A stretch of 63,723 bases of DNA, counting the filler, from Olpidium bornovanus S191 (Eukaryota > Fungi > Olpidiomycota): the NCBI GenBank assembly GCA_017911155.1. It is 27 parts of 27 records of this genome, joined end to end, with 100 filler letters (N's around TTAATTAATTAA, not from the genome) between each part and the next. Parts side by side here need not be neighbours in the genome. Positions count along the whole stretch, not along the records: positions 1 to 2,871 come from JAEFCI010003658.1; positions 2,972 to 5,243 come from JAEFCI010006069.1; positions 5,344 to 6,635 come from JAEFCI010001705.1; positions 6,736 to 9,561 come from JAEFCI010004369.1; positions 9,662 to 12,270 come from JAEFCI010000903.1; 22 more parts are not named here. One strand, given 5' to 3'. Positions within the stretch are counted from its first letter, which is position 1. Each line of letters opens with the position of its first letter. The notes below the pieces were generated by a model. That model saw only the letters and a program-made list of their open reading frames with translations, searched no databases and was not told the origin of the DNA. The position numbers and the translations under genes are program-made. This document shows positions 1 through 12,370 of the stretch, piece after piece.

Positions 1-203
1 AAATATAAAATAAAAGAATCCCGCTGCCGCTCGCTCCCTTGGCAAACCCCAGCCATCCTCCGATCTCCTCCTCCCCACACTCTCCCCTACTCGTGGGATC
101 CCCCTTCCCGAACCGCGCATGTTCGAACCGTCGCCTCGCGGCCAAAAAAAAAAAAATAAAAAATAAAATAAAAAAATAAAATCCAAACAGTCTCAGGGAA
201 AAG

Positions 204-2871
204 ATGCTGCGTCCGCTCCGTTCGGCACTCATATGTGCCTCGCTGTTCGCATACCTGTTGTCGACTAGCAATGCGGCGGTGGTCTGCAACACGACCACGG
301 TCGAACCGGTCGTGGACTTCGCCTTCGTCATCGACATCTCCGGTTCGATGTGGGTATTTCCGCCCTTCTCTCGTCTCCCCACCTCCCCTCCCCCCCCCTC
401 TCTGTGTGTGTTTTGTGTGTGTGTGTGTTTTTTGGCCTTCCCGCCTCAAAAGGAACAAACCGGCTCCCCCGGCGCTGACTCATCGGATTTCGGCTATTCC
501 CGTCGCAAGGTGCTCGTACATCGATGCGCTCACCGAATCTCTTGGATCCTTCGCCCAGCAGCTCCAGCGCCGCCAAGTGGACGCGAGATTTGCCGTGACC
601 ACCATCGGCGGCCCCGTGACTCTCGTGATGCCCTTTACTGTTAAGTGTTTTTTAGATTCTTCTTCCTCTTTTTTTTTTCCTTTTTTTCCTTTTCGTTTCT
701 TTTTTATCTTTTTTTCTGTCCGATCTCCGCAAAACTCCTTGCGACGCCCGGGTATTCTGATCCGCCCGTTTTTTCAGGCCAACGCGGACTTGGCAGCTTT
801 CGTCTTGAACAGCCTCGGATGCGACGGCGGCGGCCAGGAGACGGCGATGGAGGCGATCCGGATGCTTCTGGTTCCAAATTTCGGGGCAGACCTCAGCAAG
901 AATTGCAACATGTACTCCAAGCTGAGCGTTAAAAAGGGGTTCAAAGCGTGGACGGACCCGTGCAACTTGATCTGGCGCTCGGACGCGAAGAAATCAATTA
1001 TCGTCGCCACGGACGAAGACTCGGATATACCGGTGCTGTCGTAAGTCGAAGGGGTTTTCGGTGCTCGGTGGTGTCGACGTGCGCATGCGCTTGTGTTGGG
1101 GGGTGGGAGGCGGAGGAAGGGCGACCCGGCCGTTCACGTGCGCCAAAAACCCCCGAACCCGATGACATCGCCGACCCAAGAACGTACCGGGTCGCCGGCC
1201 AAACGTCGTCGAACACTCTGTGCGCGGACAGCTACAGCAAGCTGTCGTCAACGTCCTACGCCTGCGGGTCCGGTCACTCGTTCGAGCCGACGTGGGGCCC
1301 GAAAACCTTCTGGGCCACGAAGAAGCAGTATTTCCGCAGCAGCGCCGGGATGAAAATGGACGACGCGTACCAACTCGAAACCAACCTGACCGCCTCGATG
1401 ATCCTCGCCAACGACGCCTCGGTCTTCTTCCTCATGAGCGCGGTGATGAACCCCGCGACCACCGCGCCGCAGTCCTACTGGGACCAGAGGAGCGCGTACT
1501 GGGTGTACCTGAAGGCGGCCACCAAAGACGTGTACCACAGCGCGGTGCTGCAGTTCGGCCACCCGGCCTACGCCTCGTTGAACTCGTCGACGCTCCTGGG
1601 TTTCAACCAGAAAACGACGCTCCGCAACTTGGAAACCGCGGGGTTCGGCCTGAGCCTGCAATCGCAGGTGCATCGATGTCCGCCCCCCTCCACCTTCCCT
1701 TTTTTTTTTTTTTTTGGCTTTCCCCTTTCGTTATCCGCCCTCGCAGCTTTTGACCCTCTTGAAATCGCGCGCGTTTCAAACCGGCCAGGTCCTCCGGTTG
1801 GGCGGGTACATGCAGCTGTTCGAGATCCAAAACCTGATCTCGGCGGGCGTGGCGGCGAACGGGCTGAGGTTCGCGGAAAACTTCTTCAACTCCACGGTCG
1901 ACACGGTGGTCACGTGCCAGAACGTGCCGGACACCACCACCGCCACCGAGCTCCCGAAGCCGACCGTCAGCGGAGCCGCGCCCATTCCGTCGTCGCTGTC
2001 GTCGCTGCTCGCCACCACCACCACCACCACCACCACCACGACGTCGACGACGACCACGACGACCTCGACGACGACCACCTCCACCTCCACCTCCACCTCC
2101 ACCTCCACCAAGGCGACGACAACATCCACTCCCACGCCAACCACGACAACAACAACAAAATCTACCACGACATCAACTCCCCCCCCCACTACTACCACAA
2201 CCACATCAACCACATCAACCACAACCACAACCACGTCCACTCCCACGACCACGTCCACTCCCACGACCACGTCCACTCCCACGACCACGCCCACTCCCAC
2301 GACCACTCCCACGACCACAACCTCAACCACAACCACAACCACAACCACAACCTCAACCACATCAACCACAACCACAACAACCGCAACCACGTCAACACCC
2401 ACGCCCACGACGACAACAATATCAACAACTACAACCACAACCACTAGTATCACTTTTACTACCACTTCCACTGCCGCTACTACAACTGACACCACAACCA
2501 CAGCGGATACGACAACCACAACTGAGGCCACAACCACAACTGATACCACAACAGCAACACCCACAACCACACCTGACACCACAACCACAACTGACACCAC
2601 AACCACACCTGACACCACAACCACCTCTGACGTAACAACCACAACTGACACCACAACCACAACTGACACCACAACCACACCTGACACCACAACCATAACT
2701 GACACCACAACCACAACTGACACCACAACCACACCTGACACCACAACCATCTCTGACGTAACAACCACAACTGGCACCACAACCACAACTGACGTAGCAA
2801 CGACATCTACAATTGACATCATAACTACAACTGACACCGCGGCCATGACAACTGACGTAACAACGGCAACT
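204..2871 (+). CDS. Secreted VWA (MIDAS) domain protein with long Thr-rich mucin-like stalk, 3' partial
   Basis: Signal-peptide-like start MLRPLRSALICASLFAYLLSTSNA. Exons 204-349, 510-639, 778-1040, 1181-1667 and 1789->2871 join in frame through GT-AG introns. They give DISGS (DxSxS), GGGQETAMEAI and WRSDAKKSIIVATDEDSD, then ~290 aa of Thr-rich repeats running into the gap. Confidence 0.9.
2008..2871 (+). repeat. Coding Thr-rich tandem repeats (ACC/ACG runs, then ~18-nt DTTTT(T/P) units)
   Basis: Repeated units such as GACACCACAACCACAACT / GACACCACAACCACACCT are directly visible from ~2490. Confidence 0.9.
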
Positions 2872-2971
2872 NNNNNNNNNNNNNNNNNNNNNNNNNNNNN
2901 NNNNNNNNNNNNNNNTTAATTAATTAANNNNNNNNNNNNNNNNNNNNNNNNNNNNNNNNNNNNNNNNNNNN
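2872..2971. other. Artificial contig spacer (first of 26)
   Basis: 44 N + TTAATTAATTAA (stops in all six frames) + 44 N. Identical spacers start at 5244, 6636, 9562, 12271, 15275, 17054, 21456, 22697, 24899, 26871, 28613, 30456, 31810, 35897, 37477, 39733, 41578, 44419, 45786, 47078, 54198, 55404, 57309, 58655 and 61886. Confidence 0.99.
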
Positions 2972-3451
2972 CATGTCCCCTGTGCGATCGATCGTCGCAT
3001 CCTGCGATGGTTGCCGTCTGAAGCTGTGTTCGAAGACGATAGGTGCAATTGTCCCGAATGTGTCCTTCCCTTCGCATCAGCTGAGGTACTCCGAAAGTGG
3101 CTGTGCGTGTGGCCTGGACTTGCCCGGATCTTCGCCAAAAAAGGAAAGACGACCACACCGATTCTTGCCTGTCGATGCAGCCGTACGTTGATTCCGGTTA
3201 GTATCGGCCCTGCCCCTGAGAGCCATTCACCGGTCGCAAGTCATACGTCCTATAATTAACAACGCGTATCCGTCATCTGATGCTACAATAGAGAAACCGC
3301 AATGCTTCCTACGCGGGTACCGGTACTCCGACGCTCAAAACGCCAAACGACGAATTACACAGCGTGTGTAATTCGGTCTCTACGACGGTGCTGGCGCGGT
3401 GTTCGCATTTGCGAGCAAGGAATATGCCTTTCAACGAACGCACGGAATTCA
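2972..3451 (+). CDS. Possible exons of an unidentified Cys-containing protein (5' partial)
   Basis: Open frame HVPCAIDRRILRW...DDRCNCPEC...RTLIP ends at donor GTTAGT (~3199). A second in-phase exon, ~3291-3451, lies between a TAG acceptor and a GTGAGC donor. No family recognised. Confidence 0.3.
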
Positions 3452-4479
3452 AGGTGAGCCCCGTTTTTTGGCGGGGCAAAGCGGATGCGCATAAACGGCG
3501 TTTCGCGCCAGACCCCTCCGCTGATCTTCTGTCGACGTCGGCCAGGTTCCGTTTTGTCGGTTACGAAACGAAGTTGCCTGCGCGCGCACGCGCCGATCGC
3601 GGCGTCGCCAAAAAAAATTAAGCCTCCTGCTCCCGGCAACCCCTTGAAAAACGGCGGGTCGGAAGGCGGGCAGAGGTGGCGGCGGGAGGGCGAACAACCA
3701 ACGAATACAAAACGACCCTCGAGGCTTACACGGGTCGCAGTACCTTCTGCAAAACACGTGGCCGCACTCTGTTATGCCAAAAAGGCTTCCTGGGCGGTTC
3801 TCCTCTCAGCGTGGCGGCTGCAGCTGGCGGTTGCGCGCGTTGCAGTGGAGCCAGAGGGACTCGCCGTCGTCAGCCGTCGGACGCTGGTGGTTTTCGTTCG
3901 CGGGGCCTGTTTTTTTTTGGGCAGCGGAAGACGGGGGTGGTGGGGAAGGTAGGGGGGGCGGACCGTTCACGCGGGCGGCGATCGCAAAAGCCACCGGGCT
4001 GAGGTACGGCGGGCGGAGGGCTTGGCGGCGGCCTCCGAGCGGCCGGCGGAGCGCGGCAAGTGAGGGGGACGGCGTGGAAAGCAACGCCTGCGCGCGCGCG
4101 TGTGTAGGCCTTTTTTTGTTTTTTTTTTCTTTTTTGGGTTGTTGGGGGAAGCGACGCATTTCAAAGGGCGCCCGCGTCGCGGGGCGAGCGGCAGTGGGGA
4201 AGGCGCGGAGGAGGAGGAAAAAGGGGAGGGGCCGCACATTTGCTTGCATTCGCCATTATGTATCCTAATCGGTTTTTGCAGTGTCACTCTGGATAAGACG
4301 TCACCCATATACATTTGGCTGGCGTAGTGTTAATGCATTCTGATTATAACGGTCACGTGTCACTCTAATAATTTGTAAGGCGACAGCTTCCTCTTTCGAT
4401 TCAACCATCCTGGACTTCCCCACACCGCAAATTACAGCCGGATCGCGCTTTTTGGCTATTTCGAGCTCAGTGCAATATA

Positions 4480-5170
4480 TAGATTTTGACCCAAGCTGTC
4501 CTGAGGCGCCGCGGTTGAAAAAAATAATCTCGAAATAAATTCCGAAGAGCAAGATTATTGTGTTTCTTTTATGACGCATCAAGCGATTCTGCTGAGAGAT
4601 TAATACATCGGCGATAACTTTTTTTCAGAAACGTGAACCATTAAAACGGCAACGCCTCGAAAAAAACAATACAGCACTTCAGGCTGCGAGTGTAGTGGAG
4701 CTTTGCGAGTTTCCCCTTACGACTGCCACTGAGCCGCCTTCGACCAAATCATTATGGCCTTGTTTTTCATGAAGTCTGGCTGCGATGTTTCCTTTTTTTT
4801 CTCACTCAGTGACCTTCAGGGATACGCCATGTCTTTTTGGTATGTATTCTTCTACAGGGGTATGGGGCGTACAGATTTTGTAAAACTTAATGTTTTTTGA
4901 GGAAAGGTTCTTCACCACATGGAACCTTGTCAAAGATTTTGAAATTGTCAATCTCCAAAAGGTTTTTTTCTGATATAAATGTTATTCAAAATATTCAAAC
5001 TCAAAATATGATTATAAAGATCTGTTTATTGATCCCAAGAATGGAAAAGATTCTAAGCCTTGCATACGCCGATGAATGCCTGCTTTCCATTCCAAGTGCT
5101 TCGCAACTAAACTGAAGACTTTTCATGGCTAGTTGTGAAAAAAAAACCGGTGCAATTGTCGTGCAACAGA
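4480..5170 (+). mobile_element. Degenerate non-LTR (LINE-like) reverse transcriptase remnant
   Basis: RT-like motifs occur in the expected order across frameshifts and stops: KIISK (~4520), AFDQI (~4740), PHGTLS (~4915), ILSLAYADE (~5050, YADD-like), LVVKKKTGAIV (~5130). Confidence 0.5.
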
Positions 5171-6752
5171 AGGCAAAAAGAGGAAACCGGCAGCTAAACT
5201 TTATGGAAACGACGCCAGCAAAAAATGATCAACTCCGGTTGAANNNNNNNNNNNNNNNNNNNNNNNNNNNNNNNNNNNNNNNNNNNNTTAATTAATTAAN
5301 NNNNNNNNNNNNNNNNNNNNNNNNNNNNNNNNNNNNNNNNNNNCATGATGTTTGCTGGCAGAAGTAATAGGACTTTAACACAAAACTTATTCTTTTTTTC
5401 CTTTCCAGCTCGCGGTTCTAACCTGGAAAAATATGGTTTTATTCCTGTTCAGTTCGCGTTCCTACCCGGACAGAACGCGCTCTTGCAGCCCGGTCCCGAT
5501 TTAGCATAGTTTGCGAAGACGGTTTGATATTGCGTTTAGAAGACTCGTGACATAGCGTTGTTGTGTTGGTCTCAGAATTGTTTTGTCATATCCACGTGAA
5601 TGTCTGAAGCCTTGTGGTCGTGCGTGGTCGGAAATTTTCTGGAAACAAAAGCCTTTTAAGACTTTAAAAATTTTGTTTTTATTTTCATTTTGTTCTATCT
5701 TTTTAATTGAAAAGCGGGGTGTGATTAACCGGAGGAGAAATAGTGCGCGTTAAGGTGTAGATGAGGTCAGATTGCTTTTTTTGTTTCAAATGCGCCAAAT
5801 CTCCCGCACTTGAACTTGCGAGCGCGCGTAATCAGCGGGATCGCGAGCGTTCCGAGTGCGAACGGAAGGATTCTGCGGACGGCGGTTGCAGAACGGAGCG
5901 GTCGCGAACGAGGGAGGGGGGACGTGGGGGGGGGGGCTGCGAACGCCATTTGATTACCCTTTTTACCTCAGCAACAGCTCGGGAAGTACCAAGAGTTTTT
6001 CATGCCTATGTGCACCTGCTGCAAAAAAAAATTTGGATGCATGTTGGGTGTATTGTGGTTGGTGAAGAGGGTCCGTAGTGCTTACACAATATTTTCTGCA
6101 TGTTAGTTAATAATGACCCCTGAATTATACCATTATTATGCCTACATTGTGGAGTAACAATTGCTGGTATTGTGCTAAACTTCACCGTTCAATTACAAAT
6201 GCATCCGCTGCCCTGGGTGTACACATAATTTCTCCCAAATCTACCGCCATTCCCGGCGCTCAAATTACCCCAAAAGTAAAAAACTCTACAACCTCTGAAT
6301 CTGCTCGCTTATGCTGTGGACGATAGAGTCGGTCGCAGTGTATGCAAATACAAGAATGTAGCGCCAAATTCTTTTTTTCTCTTTTTCTCTTCTTTTCTTT
6401 CTTTTTTTTGTTTTTTTTTTTTCCTTTTTCTCCCTTCCCCCCTTCCCCCCCGTTTTTCGCCTTTTCTTTTCTTTTCTTTTCATTCTTTTTTGGGTTATTT
6501 TAATTTGCCCACCCCATGAGTACGATTATTACCATACACACCCCCGTAACCCTAACCGTAACACCCGATACTCCCCCACCCGAGCCTCGATAGCCAGTAT
6601 CAGACCAAATCACGAAAAAAAAAACCCATATCCAANNNNNNNNNNNNNNNNNNNNNNNNNNNNNNNNNNNNNNNNNNNNTTAATTAATTAANNNNNNNNN
6701 NNNNNNNNNNNNNNNNNNNNNNNNNNNNNNNNNNNAAAAAAAGGGGGGAAAG

Positions 6753-6803
<51 letters not shown>

Positions 6804-6825
6804 GGCCCACCCACCATCACCACGG

Positions 6826-9561
6826 GCACTGGCTTCTTTAGGACGAACGCGGCGCTCAGGAGCCAGAAAAACGAATCGACGGTGGCCGTCAGCTCCCTCC
6901 GCTGGGCGGAGACGCGACGAATTATTTTTTGCCGGACGTCGGGGAAAGCCGTCTTCGAGCCGGCGATGCGCATGACCAGGAAGCAGTCTAGCAGCTTCTG
7001 GCATCGCGTCAGCACCTCGCTGTACTGGGCCACAGGGTATTGGCCTTTGAGTCGCGGTTCGTGCTTCCTGTGAAAATAACCCCGAGCGAATTTATTTCGG
7101 AGGGCGCACTGGAGCAATCAACCGACTATTCGGTCATCTCTCCATCACCCTCCCGCATCCCACTACCTGATGATTCGGGCGCGCGCCCACGGCAAAGTGC
7201 AAAGTTTTTTGGAAAGAATTGTGACCCGTAAAACTCGCCACACTCACGCCTGGGTCAAGAGTTCATTGAGTTTGTCATGTCTGCGCTGCAGCGAATGCTC
7301 CCGCTTGATGTACATCGGCTGAGGCGGCGACTGGCCCGGCACCGAGAACGCCGCGACCAGCGACAAGTACACGTGGGACATCCGTTCAAGGAGCTCGGCG
7401 ATTCCCATGCGCAGGGCGAACCGCGCCTGGCAAACCAGCCGCGCCCACCAATTTTTTTTTATTTTTAAGCCAGACGACAAGTAAACGCGATGAGGAACGA
7501 ATACAAACCTCATCATCACCCGGCTTTGTTATCGCGAATTTGCACACACCTCGAACGGCCACCAATACCAGGTGACGAACAGGCCGCAGACTATCCCGAC
7601 CGAAACCATCATGAACCTCTTCCACGCCAGGTCTAAGACGTCCTGCTCCGCGTCGCTGCGGTAAACTTGGAGGGCCACCGTGGTGCAGGCGAGGAGTCCG
7701 AACTGTCCAATTTTCGGATACGCCGAATGTAGGATCAGGTCGAAGCAGGGCACGGAGATCAGGAACAGCACGCACGCCACTGCTCCGGGATGACCGCCGG
7801 TCACGACATGGGTCAAGTAGGCCGCCATCGCGCCCGCGAAGGTGGCCAGGAGGCGATAGAGCGAAGTGAGGTTCGACGCCCCGACAGTCGGGGACGAGAT
7901 CACCGCTGTCGTGATCAAGGCCCACTCGCCTCTGTAGTTTGCGAAGGCAGTCCGGGCGGGTTCGAAAAACGCCGGGGCGGCCATGACGGTGAGCACCGTC
8001 GCGGTCTTGAAGGGGAATTTGAGCTGGCGAAGGCTCATGGAGAACTGCCAGAGCCTGTTCGCGGTACGCTGAGCGATGGAGCGGGGCCTAGGCGTGTGCA
8101 GCCCTTCGGTGGCCTGTGTGTAGTCATGATTCCGCGACTCCTCTGTGCGGACCATTCAGGTTCGTTTTAACGCAACCACCACGATTTATTTTCTTCCCCC
8201 ATAAAGTCGCAAAAAAAAGTGCCATACCATTTTGATCAGTGTATAAGCTTGATCGCGGCCGCCGCCAAGATCGGATCCCGGGCTCCGCCATCTCCCCGAG
8301 GAGACGCTCATACATGACCACCACGCCGTCGGCGAGCTCTCGAGAAAACTCCTGCAGGCTGAAGACAAAAACTGGAAGGCGGGCAGCTTGTTTGAGTAAT
8401 TCTTCGTTGAAACCAACTACCACTCTCGTGGAATCTTCTTCGTGGTGCTCACAGTAGACGAGAAAGACGCTCTGATTCATCCTGCCGCCGGACCTTTTGT
8501 AGAGATCTACCACCCCTTTCTTCCGGGCGTCTGAAAAGACTTGCAATGCCGATTGGAGTGCTTGCCGGAGGCCAACTATCTCACTGGAGCGGCGACGGGC
8601 GAGCAGCGGCACCCGCTCCAATTCAGTGGGCTCGTCTTCGGAGCTCAACGAGCTTTCGAGGAGAATCAAGACCTGTTTGCAAGTATAGGCCAACGCTCTC
8701 ATCGGCGGACTGCAAATTGCTAGGTCAAAATCACGAGGCCACGGTTGGCCACAAGCTCACCGCATTTGCAAAGTTGAAGAGTGATCCTGGAAACCTTCGC
8801 TGACAACCACCTTTCACCATATATACGTCAAGAGTAAACTTACCCGGTGTGGTCGGAGAAGTCAAGCAGGGTTTCAACGGCATCCTCGTCGGTCGAGGAT
8901 CTGGTAGCCTCGGCGAGCTTAAGCAGCTCGACAGTGAGCTCCACCCCGCTGGTCATCCCGCCAAGGTGCTGGGTGAGACGCGATATGTGGGTGACCAGCT
9001 GGGAATAGGATGAAAGGTGACTCCAAGTTCGCAGGAAATAGAACTCGCGCGAGGCCTCCTCAAGGGACTGCTCCAATTTTCGGAACGCGGCGCGGTGCGT
9101 CTCGATGGCCTTCTCCAGTGATCCCGCGTTGACCGCGTGGTCCGTCTGGGATTCCTTGGGAAGGGCGGTTATCGGGTCGGCCAGGACGGACGACGGCTCG
9201 GAGCCGGGTTCCCTCAAGCCGTTTGCGCGGGCTGCACCCGCGTACATCGGTCTCGGGTGAATAAGGACGTCTGGATCCATCAGGAAGGATTTGACTGCAA
9301 GGCGCAGGAGCTGTCGCGACGAGGACAGAACGACGCGGAGATTCTTCCTACGGTTCAAAAACGGAGGGCCGCGAAGGTTTCCGCAGCCACTCGTTATATG
9401 CCTGGCCGCCTTTGTCCCCCGTCTCGCCGTCCGTGCCCAACATGAGAACTCACTTCAGATTAGAGGAGGCCGCTTCTGGCCAGATCATCGCGCAGGCCAC
9501 CACGCTGACCACTGACCCGGCCGTTACCGCGCGGAAAATGTTGAACAGCACACGCGTGGGC
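6826..9561 (-). CDS. FUSC / aromatic-acid-exporter (ArAE_2, Bre4-like) family membrane transporter, partial, multi-exon
   Basis: Exons encode MIWPEAASSNL, FPFKTATVLTVMAAPAF...RGEWALITTAVISSPTVGASNLTSLYRLLATFAGA, KRFMMVSVGIVCGLFVT and a C-terminal RRELTATVDSFFWLLSAAFVLKKPVP. Confidence 0.85.
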
Positions 9562-9661
9562 NNNNNNNNNNNNNNNNNNNNNNNNNNNNNNNNNNNNNNN
9601 NNNNNTTAATTAATTAANNNNNNNNNNNNNNNNNNNNNNNNNNNNNNNNNNNNNNNNNNNN

Positions 9662-9880
9662 CTGCGGCGCGATGTCGGCGTCCGCCAAGCGAAGCGGCTT
9701 CATAGCCACTTCGAACCTCCGCAGGTACTCCGTAATGTTAAGTCGGTCGAAGCGCCCCTCCGTAGCAACAAACGCTTGTAACGCCCCCCGAATTTCCGAG
9801 GTACGCATCTGGATAACCAGGTGACGCACCCCAACGTCGCCCATCGCGTCGACCGTTCCGGCCCTCGGTCTTGCTGCCAT
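9662..9880 (-). mobile_element. Gag-like N-terminal fragment of an LTR retrotransposon
   Basis: RFDRLNITEYLRRFEVAMKPLRLAD resembles the F.G.N.T.YL.RFE..M gag N-terminal pattern. It runs into the gap. Confidence 0.5.
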
Positions 9881-10859
9881 CGATCACCGCTCTCGCAGAT
9901 TGCCGTTGTTACCTTTGGGTCTTACCCGCAATCCTGCCCGGGAGCGCCAATTTGTCGAGATCGAACCGCCTTGATGGAGCCTTCTCGTTGTCGGGGAGAG
10001 TAGGGCGAAGGGCGATCGATGGGACGGAGGATAGGATGGCAGGTTGCGGAACCGAACCCGCCGGGGGCTTGCGTGTAACAGAGGGGAGGGGGTTGCGAAA
10101 AAGGGACAGGACGAGGGGAGACGGGACGCTTCTTTTTTGAAGGACGCAAAAGAACCAGCGCGCGGACGGACGCTTCTACTCCTGGCCCGACGGCACAGGA
10201 AAATGCTCAAAACTTAACTCCTTCGACTCCGGGCTGCCCGACGGCAGTTTTTCGACTCCGACCCCTCTCCTCCGAATGCCTGACGGCAATTTCGACTTCG
10301 CTGTTTTTTTTTCTTTTTCTTTTGACGACGGGGGGGATTTTTTTGATTAGCGGTAGAAGCGTGGACGAAGAAAAGGAAAAAAAAAGGGGGAAGGAAATTC
10401 AAAACAAATAGATCGAAAGGGAAAAGCAATCGATTTAAGCGAAAGGAAAAGGCGATCAATTTAAGCGAAAGGAAGCGATCGATTTAAGCAAGTCGACCCC
10501 CCCCTACGGGAAGGGAAATCGATGGACTCTATTTAATAGCAAGGTGTCGATCCAGCGGGCAACCATTTGCGCGCCGACGCAGCAGGAGAGGAGCCTCGGC
10601 GCCACCCTGCGAGGAGAAGGAGAACGGCGCAGAAGGAAACGGAGCGCCGCGCGCCATCCGCAGAGAAGGAGAACCGCCGCAGCGCGCAGAAGGAGAACCA
10701 CGCACGGAAGGAGAACCGCGCGCAGAAGAAGAGCGCCAGCCGAAGGCGCCGCGCACGCGCAGCCGGAGAGGAGCCCCGGCGCCGCCCCCACGAGCGCAGC
10801 AGGAGAACGGCGCAGAAGAAGAGGAGGGCCGCCGCTGGCGCGCGCACAGCAGAAGAGGA

Positions 10860-11011
10860 GCGCCATCCGTTGGCGCCGCCGCTGAGGACCGAGTCGAGCC
10901 GCGCGCCATCCGTTGGCACCGCCGCTGAGGACCGAGTCGAGCCGCGCGCCATCCGTTGGCACCGCCGCTGAGGACCGAGCCGAGCCGCGCGCCATCCGTT
11001 GGCGCCGCCGC
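10860..11011 (+). repeat. 43-bp tandem repeat, ~3.5 copies
   Basis: Unit GCGCCATCCGTTGGC(G/A)CCGCCGCTGAGGACCGAG(T/C)CGAGCCGC, within a GC-rich simple-repeat zone at 10540-11200. Confidence 0.9.
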
Positions 11012-11207
11012 CCGGCAGAAGGAGAACCGCGCGAACCGTCGCGCACGCGCGCCGTACGTCGGCGCCGGAGAAGAAGAGAGGGAGCTCGGAGCACCGCGCC
11101 GCCCGTCGGTACCAAACCGAAGAGCCGGAGAGTCGCGCCATCGTTAGGAGGAATAAGCCCGCCTCGCCCTCGCTGCCCTTTGAGAAGAGAGCGGGGCCAC
11201 CGCAACC

Positions 11208-12270
11208 ATGGACAACCATTCGGCCTTGCGCGGGGCTCGTCTCACCATTGCCCCTCTTGACAAAAGGAACTTTGCGCGGGGCTCATCTCACCATTGCCCC
11301 TCTTGACAAAAGGAACTGGCTTTCCTGGAAAGCAAATATGAGAGCTGTCCTCCTGCGCAAAGGATACTGGTTCATGGTCACGGGCGAGGAGGAACGCCCG
11401 GAGATGGGCTCTTTGACGCCGGCCCAAAGGAGGGACTGGGCACGTCAAGACGGAGAAGCCTTCGGGGAAATCTTCCTCCACGTCTCGGATATCTAAAAGC
11501 ATCTCTTGAACGGATGCAAAACGGCAAAGGACGCATGGGAGACGTTCAGGGCCCATTTCGAGGACGTGGGCTCAAGCGCAAGACTAGATCTGAAGGCGGA
11601 CCTGTACACCACAAAGATGGCCCAGACTGAAACATTGACCGATACCTCTTACGGGTCAAGAAGCAAATTTGCAGGCTCCAAGACATGGGAGAAGACAACG
11701 TAAGGGATTGGGACCGCGAAACCAGGGACGTAATTCTCATGGGGCGCCTGTCACTTTTCCGTACTGAGAGTCGCACCAGGCGCGACCCTGAGACCAAGAT
11801 GTGGAACACGTCATCCCTCTCCAAAACAACTGCCATTTTACGTGAGGCCGACGGAAGGAGACGTCGACACGAGCCGCCAAACCGGCACCAAGAAGAGGCC
11901 CTCGTCATCAAGAGCGGAGCCGCCTACCAATCCGCCGTGAAATCTTACAATTGTGGCAAGAGAGGCCATTTCGCCGCCGACTGCCGGGTAGCTAAGCCCA
12001 ATACGGCGGTGACCGGCGACACGGTTGGCCGTGGGCGCGGGCGTGGGGGAAGAGCGGGAGGTCGGGAGGACATGGCCGAGGAGGTGGCAGAGGCGGCCAC
12101 AGGGGCGATCACGGAAGCGACCCCCCATTGTGCGAACCTCGTGCAATACGAGGAGGATGATGGCGCCGCCTTCATCGCGACAGACGCACAAGACTCTGCC
12201 CTCCTTACGAACACGACCAGCAGTGCTTCAAGTCAAGAGTGGCTCCTGGACAGCTGCTCGTCCTTCCATA
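11208..12270 (+). mobile_element. Degenerate Ty1/copia gag-protease region
   Basis: NWLSWKANMRAVLLRKGYWFMVTG, TAKDAWETFRAHF, zinc knuckle YNCGKRGHFAADC and protease-like EWLLDSCSSFH. It is disrupted by a stop (11494-11496) and frameshifts. Confidence 0.9.
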
Positions 12271-12370
12271 NNNNNNNNNNNNNNNNNNNNNNNNNNNNNN
12301 NNNNNNNNNNNNNNTTAATTAATTAANNNNNNNNNNNNNNNNNNNNNNNNNNNNNNNNNNNNNNNNNNNN

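Noticed and set aside
1776-2846. 356-aa Val-rich minus-strand ORF and Trp/Leu-rich ORFs
   Set aside because: Antisense shadows of the Thr-repeat exon.
3030-3100. GHIRDNC on the minus strand as a gag zinc knuckle
   Set aside because: The first two Cys are absent, and the plus strand has a better spliced reading.
6543-6565. CCCTAACC as telomeric repeat
   Set aside because: Single degenerate unit, not an array.
10504-11219. Long overlapping Arg/Ala-rich ORFs (also 33105-33890, 38017-39784)
   Set aside because: Expected from stop-poor GC-rich repeats or from antisense to a real low-complexity exon.
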